Origin: Mycobacteriales bacterium
GTDB lineage: Bacteria; Actinomycetota; Actinomycetes; Mycobacteriales; JACQDL01
Direction: 5' to 3'
DNA: 64,000 nt
Assembly (NCBI GenBank): GCA_035476575.1
Contig: DATILL010000074.1
Coordinates: 10,073-74,072, forward strand
The notes beneath the pieces were generated by a model, which worked only from the letters and a program-made list of their open reading frames with translations, searched no databases and was not told the DNA's origin. Numbering within the stretch: position 1 is the first letter of the stretch; each line of letters opens with the position of its first letter. Of the stretch, positions 48,411 through 57,869 are shown piece after piece. The position numbers and the translations under genes are program-made.

Positions 48411-51062
48411 TCAGACCAGCGGCAGCGCGGCCCGGCCCGAGCCGGCCTCGCGGTCTCCGCCATCCCCTGCCGGCTCGGCGGCCCGGTCGGCCGCGAGCGC
48501 TGCGGCGAGCCGCTCGGCCGGCACCTCGCCGTACGTCGTGGTGCGCTGCCGGGCGGGCCGGCCGATGCCCGCGGCGATCCCGACCAGCTCGCCGACCGAC
48601 TTGCGCGAGCCGTGCCGGGAGCCGGCCATCCGGCTGATGGTCTCCTCCATCAGCGTGCCGCCGAGATCGTTCGCGCCGCCGGCCAGCATCCGCCGGGTTC
48701 CCTCGACGCCGAGCTTGACCCAGGAGGCCTGGATGTTGTCGATCCGGCCGTGCAGCAGCAGCCGCGCCATCGCGTGCACGGCCCGGTCCTCGCGCGGCGT
48801 GGGCCCGGGGCGGGCGAGGCCGGCCAGGTAGACCGGCGCGTTGTGGTGCACGAACGGCAGCAGGACGAGCTCGGTGAACCCGCCGGTGTCGTCCTGGATC
48901 CGGGCCAGCAGGCGCAGGTGCCCGAGCCAGTGCCGCGGCTGGTCCACGTGGCCGTACATCATCGTGGCGGACGAGCGCAGCCCGACCCGGTGCGCCGTGC
49001 TGACCACCTCGACCCAGGCCGCGGCGGGCAGCTTGCCCTTGGTCAGCACCCACCGCACCTCGTCGTCCAGGATCTCGGCCGCGGTCCCCGGGATGGTGTC
49101 CACACCGGACTCCCGCGCCGCGGTGAGCCAGTCCAGGATGGACAGCCCGGTGCGGGCGACGCCGTTCGCCACCTCCATGGGGCTGAACGCGTGCAGGTGC
49201 AGGCCGGACACCCGGCGCTTGACCTCGCGGGCCAGGTCGAAGTACGCCGTGCCAGGCAGGTCCGGATGGATGCCGCCCTGCATGCAGACCTCGGTGGCAC
49301 CGGCCGCCCAGGCCTGCGCGGCGCGCTCGCCCACCTCGGCCAGCGACAGGGTGTAGGCGTCCTGGTCGCCGGCCCGCTGGGCGAACGCGCAGAACCGGCA
49401 GCCCGTGTAGCAGACGTTGGTGAAGTTGACGTTGCGGTTGACCACGTAGGTGACCGCGTCGCCGACGGCGTCGCGGCGGACCGCGTCGGCAAGCTGGCAC
49501 AGCGCGTCCAGGTCGGTCCCGTCGGCGTGCAGCAGGGCCAGAGCGTCCACATCGGACAGGCCGGCCGGGTCGCGCTCGGCCGACCGCAGCGCGGCCTGGA
49601 CGTCGGCGGCCAGCTTCGGCGGCGCGGCGGCCGGGCGGACCCGGTCGCCGACCGCGGCCCAGTCGCCGTACACCTCGTCGAAGTCGCCGCGCCGGTCGGC
49701 GGACCGGCCCGACGTGTCGACCTCCCGGTGCAGCTCGGTCCGGCCGGTCGAGGCCCAGCCGCCGTCCGGCTCCTGCCAGGGCCGGCCCCGCGGCACGGCG
49801 CCGGCTCGGGCCAGGCCGTCCACATCGGACAGGGCCCGGACGTGCGGCAGCAGCCGCGGGTCGAGCCAGGGTACGCCGGCCGTGACGTACGGCGGGTAGA
49901 CGGTGAGCCGCTCGCGCAGGGCGTAGCCAGCCTCGCCGGTGGCGGCGGCCAGCGCGTCGAGCCGTGGCCAGGGGCGTTCGGGGTTGACGTGGTCGGGGGT
50001 GAGCGGGGACACCCCGCCCCAGTCGTCGATCCCGGCCGCGATCAGCTCGCGGCACCCGGCCGGCTCGACCAGGTTGGGCGGGGCCTGGAGCCGGGCCGAC
50101 GGCCCGAGCACCAGCCGGGCCACCGCCACCGTGGCGAGCAGCTCCGGCAGCGGCAGGTCGGCGTCGGCACGCATGGGGGTGTCCGGCTTGGCCCGGAAGT
50201 TCTGCACGATCACCTCCTGGACGGCGCCGTACTCCCGGGCGACCCGGCGGATCGCGAACAGCGACTCCACCCGCTCTGCCGCCGTCTCGCCGATGCCGAC
50301 CAGAATCCCGGTGGTGAACGGGACACCGACCCGGCCGGCGTCCTCCAGCACCCGCAGCCGCACCGCCGGCTCCTTGTCCGGGCTGGCGTAGTGCGGCCCG
50401 CCGGGCTCGGACCACAGCCGGGTCGCGGTCGTCTCCAGCATCATGCCCATGCTCGGCGCGACCGGCTTGAGCCGCTGCAGCTCGGCCCAGGACAGCACGC
50501 CAGGGTTGAGGTGCGGCAGCAGGCCGGTCTCCTCCAGCACCGCGATCGCGCAGGCACGCAGGTAGTCCACGGTGGACCCGTAGCCCCGCTGGTCCAGCCA
50601 CTCCCGGGCCTGCGGCCAGCGCTCCTCCGGCCGGTCCCCGAGGGTGAACAGCGCCTCCTTGCAGCCCAGCGCGGCGCCGCTCCGGGCGATGTCCAGCACC
50701 TGCTCGCGCTCCAGGTACGGCGCGGGCAGCCGGTGCGGCGCGGTGGCGAAGGTGCAGTAGTGGCAGCGGTCCCGGCACAGGCGGGTGAGCGGGACGAACA
50801 CCTTGCGGGAGTAGGTGACCACGCCCGGCCGTCCGGCGCTGACCAGCCCTGCGTCGCGGACCCGGGCCGCCGAGGCCATCAGGTCGGCCAGGTCGGTGCC
50901 GCGGGCGGCCAGCAGCACCGTCGCCTCGGTCTGGTCCAGGCTCACGCCGTCCCGGGCGCGGCGCAGGGCGCGGCGCAGGGCGCTCGCGGTCGGCGTGGGA
51001 GCCGGGGCAGCAGCGGGTGCGGGTGGCGGCAGCGGAATGGGGGACCTCGGCGGCTCTGGCAC
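48411..51062 (-). CDS. fbiC: FO synthase FbiC (fused CofG/CofH radical-SAM domains)
   Basis: Has two radical-SAM clusters, [10 protein letters not shown] and [10 protein letters not shown]. Start is uncertain: GTG 51062 is proposed because the track ATG 51131 lies inside repeat locus E. Confidence 0.9.
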   Translation of the reverse strand: MPEPPRSPIPLPPPAPAAAPAPTPTASALRRALRRARDGVSLDQTEATVLLAARGTDLADLMASAARVRDAGLVSAGRPGVVTYSRKVFVPLTRLCRDRCHYCTFATAPHRLPAPYLEREQVLDIARSGAALGCKEALFTLGDRPEERWPQAREWLDQRGYGSTVDYLRACAIAVLEETGLLPHLNPGVLSWAELQRLKPVAPSMGMMLETTATRLWSEPGGPHYASPDKEPAVRLRVLEDAGRVGVPFTTGILVGIGETAAERVESLFAIRRVAREYGAVQEVIVQNFRAKPDTPMRADADLPLPELLATVAVARLVLGPSARLQAPPNLVEPAGCRELIAAGIDDWGGVSPLTPDHVNPERPWPRLDALAAATGEAGYALRERLTVYPPYVTAGVPWLDPRLLPHVRALSDVDGLARAGAVPRGRPWQEPDGGWASTGRTELHREVDTSGRSADRRGDFDEVYGDWAAVGDRVRPAAAPPKLAADVQAALRSAERDPAGLSDVDALALLHADGTDLDALCQLADAVRRDAVGDAVTYVVNRNVNFTNVCYTGCRFCAFAQRAGDQDAYTLSLAEVGERAAQAWAAGATEVCMQGGIHPDLPGTAYFDLAREVKRRVSGLHLHAFSPMEVANGVARTGLSILDWLTAARESGVDTIPGTAAEILDDEVRWVLTKGKLPAAAWVEVVSTAHRVGLRSSATMMYGHVDQPRHWLGHLRLLARIQDDTGGFTELVLLPFVHHNAPVYLAGLARPGPTPREDRAVHAMARLLLHGRIDNIQASWVKLGVEGTRRMLAGGANDLGGTLMEETISRMAGSRHGSRKSVGELVGIAAGIGRPARQRTTTYGEVPAERLAAALAADRAAEPAGDGGDREAGSGRAALPLV

Positions 51063-51098
51063 GGCATCGACCCTATTCCGTGGCCCAACCGCCCCCGC

Positions 51099-51240
51099 AC
51101 CGGTGTGGTCACCAGTACGCCGTGTGGTCACCTGTCGGTGGCGTGAGACCCCAAGAGGTCACCACACGGCGTTGAGGTCACCACACGGTGCTCGCCGGCC
51201 CCGAGAGGTGACCACATCACCGAGAGGTGACCACATCGGC
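51099..51240. repeat. GGTNACC-box intergenic repeat locus E (6 boxes, reverse pair, hinge, forward boxes)
   Basis: Box starts are at 51107, 51126, 51157, 51176, 51207 and 51226 (spacing 19/31/19/31/19). The 21-mer AGACCCCAAGAGGTCACCACA (51146-51166) is identical to 16566-16586 in locus A. Confidence 0.9.
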
Positions 51241-51430
51241 GAACACAGCGAGTTAGCGGGCTGGGCCACATCACCCGACCGGGGTGTCCGCATCACTGAC
51301 CGCGATCCTCCGGTGGGTCAGGCCACCAGATCGGTGGCTTTCGCAAGCCGTAGGGAATCTGCGACAGTGGGTAATTGAGCTAGCACCTACTCGCCGGCCC
51401 AGCCGGGGGGCAGTTGGGGGATCGATCCGG

Positions 51431-52642
51431 GTGTCACGACACGCGCGAGCAGCGGTCCAGACGAGGTCCGCGCGTCCCGCGGGCCTCACCTGCCTGCTGA
51501 TCGGCATCACCCTCTGCCTCGGTGCCGCCGCGACCTGCATTCTCATCCCGTACGCCGACCCCGGCAGCCGCGACATCCGGGGCGCGCTGTTCGGCTGCGC
51601 TGGCGCCCTGCTGGTTTCCGCCATGTTGCTCACCTGGGCGCACCGCCGGATGTACGCCGAGCTGGTCAGCCTGCATGCCGAGACCCAGCAGACCCTGTCG
51701 GACAAGCACTCGATGGCCGAGGCGCTGCGCCGCGAGCGGGACTTCACCTCCACCGTGCTGGACACGGCGGGCGCGCTGGTCATGGTGTGCGACCGCACCG
51801 GCGGGATCGTGAAGTTCAACGACGCCTGCGAGCGGCTCACCGGGTACATGGAGCAGGACCTGCTCGGCCGACCGATGTGGGCGGTGCTGCTGACGCCGGC
51901 CGACGGGCGGATCATGCGGGCCTCGATGGAGGCACTGGACGGCGGCCGGCTGCGGGTCCGGGCAGACGCCTCACGCCGTATCGAGGTCACCTGGCGGGAC
52001 CGCGGCGGTGGCCAGCACCAGGTCGCGTTCACCGTCACGGTCCTGCTCAACCACGTCGGCGAGGTCGACTACTTCGTGGCTACCGGCGTCGACGTGACCG
52101 AGCAACGGCGGAACCACGAGCACCTGCTCCAGCTCGCCACGACCGACCCGCTGACCGGCCTGGTCAACCGTGCGACGTTCCACGGCACGCTGTCGGTGGC
52201 GCTCGACCCGGCCAAGGGCGGACACGGCGCGGCGCTGCTGTTCTGCGACCTGGACGGGTTCAAGCGGATCAACGACACCTGCGGGCACGCGGCGGGCGAC
52301 GAGCTGCTGATCGCGGTCAGCCAGCGGTTACGGCGCCAGGTCCGGCAGCACGATGTGGTCGCCCGGCTCGGCGGCGATGAGTTCGTGCTGCTCTGCCCCG
52401 CGCTGGACGAGATGTCGGCCCACCGGCTGGCCGACCGGATCCGCAAGGCGATCTGCACACCGTACGGGCTGACCGGCGGCACGGTGAGCGTCGGCGTCAG
52501 TGTGGGCGTGGCGGTGGCGCAGGCCGGGGCCGACCCGGAGGCGGTGCTGGCCGAGGCGGACGCGGAGATGTACCGGGTCAAGCAGCGCTCGAAGTCCAAC
52601 CGGTGGACCCTGCCGCCGTCAATGCAGGCCCCCCGACGCTAG
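51431..52642 (+). CDS. Membrane-anchored PAS-GGDEF diguanylate cyclase
   Basis: Two N-terminal TM helices, a PAS-like region, GGDEF (ARLGGDEFVLL) and an I-site RQHD five residues upstream. Start is uncertain (GTG 51431 proposed; the track start is 51284). Confidence 0.8.
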   Translation: MSRHARAAVQTRSARPAGLTCLLIGITLCLGAAATCILIPYADPGSRDIRGALFGCAGALLVSAMLLTWAHRRMYAELVSLHAETQQTLSDKHSMAEALRRERDFTSTVLDTAGALVMVCDRTGGIVKFNDACERLTGYMEQDLLGRPMWAVLLTPADGRIMRASMEALDGGRLRVRADASRRIEVTWRDRGGGQHQVAFTVTVLLNHVGEVDYFVATGVDVTEQRRNHEHLLQLATTDPLTGLVNRATFHGTLSVALDPAKGGHGAALLFCDLDGFKRINDTCGHAAGDELLIAVSQRLRRQVRQHDVVARLGGDEFVLLCPALDEMSAHRLADRIRKAICTPYGLTGGTVSVGVSVGVAVAQAGADPEAVLAEADAEMYRVKQRSKSNRWTLPPSMQAPRR

Positions 52643-52666
52643 CCGAGCCGAACGTAGGATCGCGAA

Positions 52667-52706
52667 ATCACTGATCTCGTGGTTTCGTGACCGCGAGATC
52701 AGTGAT
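52667..52706. terminator. Perfect 13-bp AT-rich inverted repeat (terminator or operator candidate) between the GGDEF gene and fbiA
   Basis: ATCACTGATCTCG (52667-52679) pairs with CGAGATCAGTGAT (52694-52706) around a 14-nt loop. There is no U-tract. Confidence 0.45.
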
Positions 52707-52769
52707 CTTCCGGGACTCGTCGGCGACATGCCCCGAGTGGTGTCCACGGGGGTCTGACACGATGTCCGG

Positions 52770-53807
52770 GTGCGCGTGGTCACCCTTGCCGGCGGTATCG
52801 GCGGCGCCCGCTTCCTGCTCGGTGTCCGGGCGGTGCTGGATGACGTCCCGGCCGCCGACCTCACCGTGATCGGCAACACCGGCGACGACGTTACCCTGCA
52901 CGGGCTGCGGATCTGCCCGGACCTGGACACGGTGATGTACACCCTCGGCGGCGGCATCGACACCGACCGCGGCTGGGGCCGGTCCGATGAGACCTGGCAG
53001 GTCAACGAGGAGCTGGCCGCGTACGGCGTCGAGCCGACCTGGTTCGGGCTGGGCGACCGGGACGTCGCCACCCACCTGGTCCGCACCCAGATGCTGGACG
53101 CTGGCTACCCGCTGTCCGCCGTGACCGAGGCGCTGTGCGCGCGCTGGCAGCCCGGCGTGCGGCTGTTGCCGATGTCCGACGACCGGGTCGAGACGCACGT
53201 CGTGGTCGACCTCGACGGTGGCCGGCGGGCGATCCACTTCCAGGAGTGGTGGATCCGTTACCACGCCGCGCTGCCGGCAGCCGGCTTCGTGCCGGTCGGT
53301 GCGGACTCCGCCAAGCCGGGCCCGGGCGTGCTGGAGGCGATCGCCAGCGCGGATGTGATCCTGCTGGCACCGAGCAACCCGGTGGTCAGCGTGGGTTCCA
53401 TCCTGGCCGTGCCCGGGATCGGCGCCGCGGTGCGGACCGGGCCAGCACCGGTCGTCGGGCTGTCCCCCATCGTCGGCGGTGCGTCGGTCCGCGGCATGGC
53501 CGACGCCTGCCTGGCCGCGATCGGGGTGGAGACGTCGGCGGAGGCGGTCGGCCGGCACTACGGCGCCCGGTCCGGGGGCGGGCTGCTGGACGGCTGGCTG
53601 GTGGACACCGCCGATGCCGGTACGGCGGTGGACGGCGTGCGGGTGGCCGCCGTACCGCTGCTCATGACCGACCCGGAGGCGACCACCGCGATGGCCCGGG
53701 CCGCCCTCGACCTGGCCGGTGAGCTAGCCGGTGAGCTGGCCGGTGAGCTGGCCGGTGAGCCGCGGCGGGAGCCCCAGCCGGAACCCCCGCCGGGGCGGCG
53801 CCGGTGA
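52770..53807 (+). CDS. fbiA: 2-phospho-L-lactate (EPPG:FO) transferase FbiA/CofD
   Basis: Has [16 protein letters not shown] and GNTGDD...LGGGID motifs. GTG start. Its stop overlaps the fbiB start (GTGA). Confidence 0.9.
   Translation: MRVVTLAGGIGGARFLLGVRAVLDDVPAADLTVIGNTGDDVTLHGLRICPDLDTVMYTLGGGIDTDRGWGRSDETWQVNEELAAYGVEPTWFGLGDRDVATHLVRTQMLDAGYPLSAVTEALCARWQPGVRLLPMSDDRVETHVVVDLDGGRRAIHFQEWWIRYHAALPAAGFVPVGADSAKPGPGVLEAIASADVILLAPSNPVVSVGSILAVPGIGAAVRTGPAPVVGLSPIVGGASVRGMADACLAAIGVETSAEAVGRHYGARSGGGLLDGWLVDTADAGTAVDGVRVAAVPLLMTDPEATTAMARAALDLAGELAGELAGELAGEPRREPQPEPPPGRRR
53712..53759. repeat. In-frame 12-bp tandem repeat x4 (CTGGCCGGTGAG), encoding (LAGE)4 at the FbiA C-terminus
   Basis: Copies are at 53712, 53724 (one mismatch), 53736 and 53748. 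Confidence 0.9.
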
Positions 53808-55114
53808 TCGAGGTCCACCCGGTGCGGGGGCTGCCGGAGCTCCGGCCCGGTGACGATCTGGCCAGCGCGGTCGCGGCGGCCACGCCCTGGCTGCGCGACG
53901 GCGACATCGTTGTGGTCACCTCCAAGGTGGTGTCCAAGGTGGAGGGCCGGCTGGTGCCGGCGCCGGCCGACCCTGCCGGGCGCGAGGCCGTCCGGCAGGC
54001 GGCGATCGACGCCGAGACGGTGGCCGAGGTGGCCCGGCGGGGCAGCACCCGGATCGTGCGCACCCGGCACGGGCTGGTCCTGGCCGCGGCCGGCGTCGAC
54101 GCCTCCAACGTGGCGACCGACGAGATCGCCCTCCTGCCGGCCGATCCGGACGCCTCGGCCGCGCGCCTGCGGGCCGGGCTGCGGGCGGCCCTCGGGGTGT
54201 CGGTGGCCGTCGTGGTCAGCGACACCCTCGGCCGGGCCTGGCGGGTGGGGCAGGTCGACGTGGCGATCGGGGTGGCCGGCATGCGCGCGGTCCGTGACTA
54301 CGCCGGTGAGAAGGACTCCTTCGGCACGCCACTGCGGGTGACCGCCATCGCGGAGGCGGACGAGGTGGCGGCCGCGGCCGATCTGGTCAAGGGCAAGCTG
54401 GCCGGCGTACCGGTGGCGGTCCTGCGTGGACTGTCCACAGTGGACGACGGTTCGACCGCGGCGGAGCTGGTGCGGCCGCCGGCGGACGACCTGTTCGCCC
54501 TGGGTACGGCGGAGGCGCGGGCGCTCGGCCGGCGGGAGGCGGTGCCCGCCCGGCGGTCCGTGCGGCACTTCGACGGCCGGTCGCCAGACCCCGACGCGGT
54601 GGCCCGGGCGATGACCGCGGCGGTGACCGCGCCGGCTCCGCACCATACGGCGCCGTGGCGGTTCGTCCTGGTGGACCGGGCTCGGGAGCGCCTGCTGGCC
54701 GCGATGCAGGCGCAATGGGCGGCCGACCTGCGTGGGGACGGCCTGACCGCCGAGCAGGTCGCCCGCCGGCTGGCCCGCGGTGACATCCTGCGGCAGGCGC
54801 CGCTGGTCGTCGTCCCGTGCCTGGCCGGCGACGGCATGCACCGTTACCCCGACCAGCGCCGGTCCACCGCGGAGTGGACGATGTTCTGCGTCGCGATGGG
54901 CGCCGGGGTGGAGAACTTCCTGGTGGCCCTGGCCGCGGAAGGGCTCGGCTCGTGCTGGGTGTCGTCGACGCTGTTCTGCCCGGATCTGGTCCGGTGCGAG
55001 CTCGACCTGCCGGTCGGCTGGCACCCGATGGGAGCGGTCGCAGTAGGCTACCCGGCCGGACCGGTGCCGGACCGGCCAGACCGGGACGTCGCATCGTTTG
55101 TGGTGCACCGATGA
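53804..55114 (+). CDS. fbiB: Bifunctional F420 gamma-glutamyl ligase / dehydro-F420-0 reductase FbiB (CofE + nitroreductase-like domain)
   Basis: N-terminal CofE pattern ([23 protein letters not shown]) and a C-terminal nitroreductase-like domain (RRSVRHF...[13 protein letters not shown]). Confidence 0.88.
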   Translation: MIEVHPVRGLPELRPGDDLASAVAAATPWLRDGDIVVVTSKVVSKVEGRLVPAPADPAGREAVRQAAIDAETVAEVARRGSTRIVRTRHGLVLAAAGVDASNVATDEIALLPADPDASAARLRAGLRAALGVSVAVVVSDTLGRAWRVGQVDVAIGVAGMRAVRDYAGEKDSFGTPLRVTAIAEADEVAAAADLVKGKLAGVPVAVLRGLSTVDDGSTAAELVRPPADDLFALGTAEARALGRREAVPARRSVRHFDGRSPDPDAVARAMTAAVTAPAPHHTAPWRFVLVDRARERLLAAMQAQWAADLRGDGLTAEQVARRLARGDILRQAPLVVVPCLAGDGMHRYPDQRRSTAEWTMFCVAMGAGVENFLVALAAEGLGSCWVSSTLFCPDLVRCELDLPVGWHPMGAVAVGYPAGPVPDRPDRDVASFVVHR

Positions 55115-55680
55115 CCGGCGACCGGGCCGTTGACCGAGCCAGCAACCTGCACGAGGACCTGCGCCGGGTGCTGACGGCCTACCGGGACACCGACGAGTCC
55201 CAGCTTTCGGTGCGGGAGGCGATGCTGGCCTTCCTGGCGGCCCGGCCGGACGCGGCCCGGCGCTCGTGCGTGCCGGGGCACTTCACCGCGAGCGCGCTGG
55301 TGGTCGACCCGTCCCGCCGGGCGGTGCTGCTGACCCTGCACCCCCGCGTGGGGCGGTGGCTGCAGGTCGGTGGGCACCTGGAGGACGATCCGTCCACTGT
55401 GGACGCCGCTCGCCGGGAGGCGGTGGAGGAGAGTGGGATCGCCGACCTGGTGCTCGATCCGGAGCCGCTGCACCTGGCGGTGCACCCGATCACCTGTTCG
55501 CTCGGGGTGCCGACCCGGCATCTGGACATCCGCCTGCTGGCGGTCGCCCCGGCCGGTGCCGAGCCGGTGATCAGCGCGGAGTCGTTGGACCTGCGGTGGT
55601 TCCCGCACGACGCGCTGCCCGACCCGCTGGCCGCCGACCTGCCCGAGCTCACCCGCCGGGCACTGGCCCGGCTCTCCTGA
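55111..55680 (+). CDS. NUDIX hydrolase
   Basis: Has the Nudix box [24 protein letters not shown]. Its ATG overlaps the fbiB stop (ATGA 55111-55114). Confidence 0.8.
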   Translation: MTGDRAVDRASNLHEDLRRVLTAYRDTDESQLSVREAMLAFLAARPDAARRSCVPGHFTASALVVDPSRRAVLLTLHPRVGRWLQVGGHLEDDPSTVDAARREAVEESGIADLVLDPEPLHLAVHPITCSLGVPTRHLDIRLLAVAPAGAEPVISAESLDLRWFPHDALPDPLAADLPELTRRALARLS

Positions 55681-55708
55681 CGCCGCTACACCTGACCCGG
55701 GCAGGCGG

Positions 55709-56662
55709 TCAGATGACGCGGTAGTCGCGGGCCGGCAGCCGGGGGCCGAACCGGGGCTTGTCCACCCCGGCTAGCTCGACCAGCCGGACCACCCGCTGCC
55801 GGTGCGGGGCGTACGGCGCCAGCAGGGCCAGCATCCCGGCGTCGTCTACCGGCCGGCCGAGCAGCGCCCAGCCGACCAGCCCCGGGATGTGGTAGTCGCC
55901 GACGCTGACCGCGTCGGCATCCCCGAACGCCCGCTGCGCCACCTCGGCCGCCGTCCACGGCCCGATCCCCGGCAGTGCCCGGAGCCGGTCCAGAGCCGCG
56001 GCCGGCGGCAGGCCGACCGCCTCCTCCAGCCGAGCAGCGACCGCGCAGGCCCGCCGGATGGCCTGCCGGCGCTGGGGGGTGACGCCGGCCCGGTGCCAGT
56101 CCCAGTCGGCCAGCTCGCGCAGCACGGCCGGCGTGGGCGGTACCCGCATCCCGGCGGGCGCCGGCCCGGGCGCCGGCTCGCCGTACCACCGGCACAGCTC
56201 CCCCCAGGACCGGTGGGCCTCCGCCCCGGTCACCTTCTGCTCCAGGATCGCCGGCACGAGCTGGTCGAGCACCAGCCCGGTCCGCGGCATCCGCAACCCA
56301 GCGTGCCGCCGCCACGTCTCGCGCAGCAGCGGATGGGCCGGCGCGAAGCCGGCGACGTCGTCGGCCGCGCCGAGCAGGTCGGGTACGGCGGCCAGCGCCC
56401 ACCCCGCGCCCGGCCCCCACGCCTGCGCCCAGACCTCGCACTGGGCCCCGGACCCACCTTGGGCCCCGGACCCACCTTGGGCCCCGGACCCGACGCGGTG
56501 CAGCGCCAGCGTGGCCGGGCCGTCCGGGGTGACCGCGACCCGCCAGAACCGGCCGCCGCCGACCCGGTGCGCCGGATCGGCCGGGCCGCGGACCAGGCAG
56601 CCGAGCGTGGCGCGCAGGTCCACCGCCCAGCCCGGCCGCCAGGTCCGCCCGTCCGCGCTCAC
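55709..56662 (-). CDS. DNA-3-methyladenine glycosylase 2 family (AlkA-like, HhH-GPD)
   Basis: Has the HhH-GPD segment LRALPGIGPWTAAEVAQRAFGDADAVSVGDYH. GTG start at 56662. Confidence 0.75.
   Translation of the reverse strand: MSADGRTWRPGWAVDLRATLGCLVRGPADPAHRVGGGRFWRVAVTPDGPATLALHRVGSGAQGGSGAQGGSGAQCEVWAQAWGPGAGWALAAVPDLLGAADDVAGFAPAHPLLRETWRRHAGLRMPRTGLVLDQLVPAILEQKVTGAEAHRSWGELCRWYGEPAPGPAPAGMRVPPTPAVLRELADWDWHRAGVTPQRRQAIRRACAVAARLEEAVGLPPAAALDRLRALPGIGPWTAAEVAQRAFGDADAVSVGDYHIPGLVGWALLGRPVDDAGMLALLAPYAPHRQRVVRLVELAGVDKPRFGPRLPARDYRVI
56443..56491. repeat. In-frame 18-bp tandem repeat, 2.7 copies (GGGCCCCGGACCCACCTT), encoding (GSGAQG)n on the minus strand
   Basis: 56443-56460 is identical to 56461-56478. 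A partial third copy is at 56479-56491. Confidence 0.9.
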
Positions 56663-56690
56663 CCGGTGCTCACCCGGTGCTCGCCCGGCT
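56658..56690. repeat. 11-bp tandem repeat x3 (CTCACCCGGTG) spanning the AlkA-like start codon and its upstream region
   Basis: 56658-56668 is identical to 56669-56679. The third copy (56680-56690) matches 9/11. Confidence 0.85.
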
Positions 56691-56695
56691 GGCGC

Positions 56696-57784
56696 TCAGA
56701 GGTACCGCTCGCCGTACTGCCGCCCGACGTCCGCGACTAGCCGCTTGACCTGCTCGGCGTCGGCCCGCGAGCAGATCATGGTGACATCCCTGGTGTGTAC
56801 GACGATCATGTCGCGCAGCCCGACGGCGGCCACCAGGTGCTCCGGCTGGTCGCTGACCACGATGTTGCCAGCCGAGTCCAGCAGCGCGGTGGCGGCCCGC
56901 ACCGCGTTGCCGGCCCCGTCACCGTCCACAATGGACGCCAGCGCCGGCCAGGAGCCGATGTCCAGCCAGCTCACCGGCAGCTCGACCACGAACACCTGCG
57001 CCCCGCCGCGGCCTTGCGCGGCCGGCTCCAGGACGGCGTAGTCGATGCTGATCTTGGGCAGGGTCGGGTACGTCGCGGCGAGCACGCCGGCCCGGTCCGG
57101 GCCGTCCCAGGCCGCCGCGATCCGGGCCAGGCCGGCGTACGACTCGGGCAGGTGGGTCTCCAGCTCGGCCAGCACGGTGGCCGCCCGCCAGACGAACATC
57201 CCGGAGTTCCAGTAGTACCGGCCACTGTCCACATAGGACCTCGCGGTCGCGGCGTCCGGCTTCTCGCGAAACGCCGAGACCCGGTAGCCGGCACTGGCCA
57301 GCGGCCCGCCACGCTCGATGTAGCCGTAGCCGGTGTGCGGCGTGGTGGGTACGACGCCCAGCGTCACCAGCCCGTCCTTGTGCTCCTCGGCCAGCCGGAA
57401 CGCAGTGTCCAGCCGCTCGGCGAAAACCTCGACCGGCTCGATCACGTGGTCGGCCGAGACGAACGCCACAACCGCCTCCGGGTCGCGCCGGGCAAGCACC
57501 GCGGCCGGCAGGCCGACGGCGTTGGCGGTGTCCCTGCCGCACGGCTCGCCGATCACGTTGTCGGCGGCCAGGCCGGGCAGGTTGGCCAGCACGGCGGCAC
57601 GGTGCGCCTCCGCCGTACAAACGAGGATCTGCCCGGCCGGCAGCACCGCGGCCAGCCGGTCGAAGGCCAGCCGCAGCAGGCTCCGGCCGCCCGCCAGCTC
57701 CAGGAGCTGCTTGGGCCGGGCCGCCCGGGACATCGGCCACAGCCGGGTGCCCGCGCCACCGGCCATGATCACGCCGTACCGCAC
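56696..57784 (-). CDS. manC: Mannose-1-phosphate guanylyltransferase
   Basis: Has GVIMAGGAGTRLWPMSR. GTG 57784 is preceded by GGAGAAGGGA; the in-frame ATG 57805 is the alternative. Confidence 0.88.
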   Translation of the reverse strand: MRYGVIMAGGAGTRLWPMSRAARPKQLLELAGGRSLLRLAFDRLAAVLPAGQILVCTAEAHRAAVLANLPGLAADNVIGEPCGRDTANAVGLPAAVLARRDPEAVVAFVSADHVIEPVEVFAERLDTAFRLAEEHKDGLVTLGVVPTTPHTGYGYIERGGPLASAGYRVSAFREKPDAATARSYVDSGRYYWNSGMFVWRAATVLAELETHLPESYAGLARIAAAWDGPDRAGVLAATYPTLPKISIDYAVLEPAAQGRGGAQVFVVELPVSWLDIGSWPALASIVDGDGAGNAVRAATALLDSAGNIVVSDQPEHLVAAVGLRDMIVVHTRDVTMICSRADAEQVKRLVADVGRQYGERYL

Positions 57785-57869
57785 TAGGTTTCCCTTCTCC
57801 CGCATTTCCGCCGCGACCGTCGAGCTGTCGAGGGTGCCCAGAGGTTAGCTACCCCGACATGTCGATGGG

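Noticed and set aside
48211-51146. 855-aa minus-strand and 924-aa plus-strand ORFs overlapping fbiC.
   Set aside because: They are alternative frames of fbiC. Only the 48411..51131 frame carries the two radical-SAM CxxxCxxC motifs.
51241-51430. Structured leader or c-di-GMP riboswitch upstream of the GGDEF gene. The region has lower GC and small stems such as GCCACC-AGATC-GGTGGC and GGCTT-TCGC-AAGCC.
   Set aside because: The stems are short and I cannot match them to the GEMM consensus from memory. The region may simply be 5'UTR or part of the ORF, since the track start is 51284.
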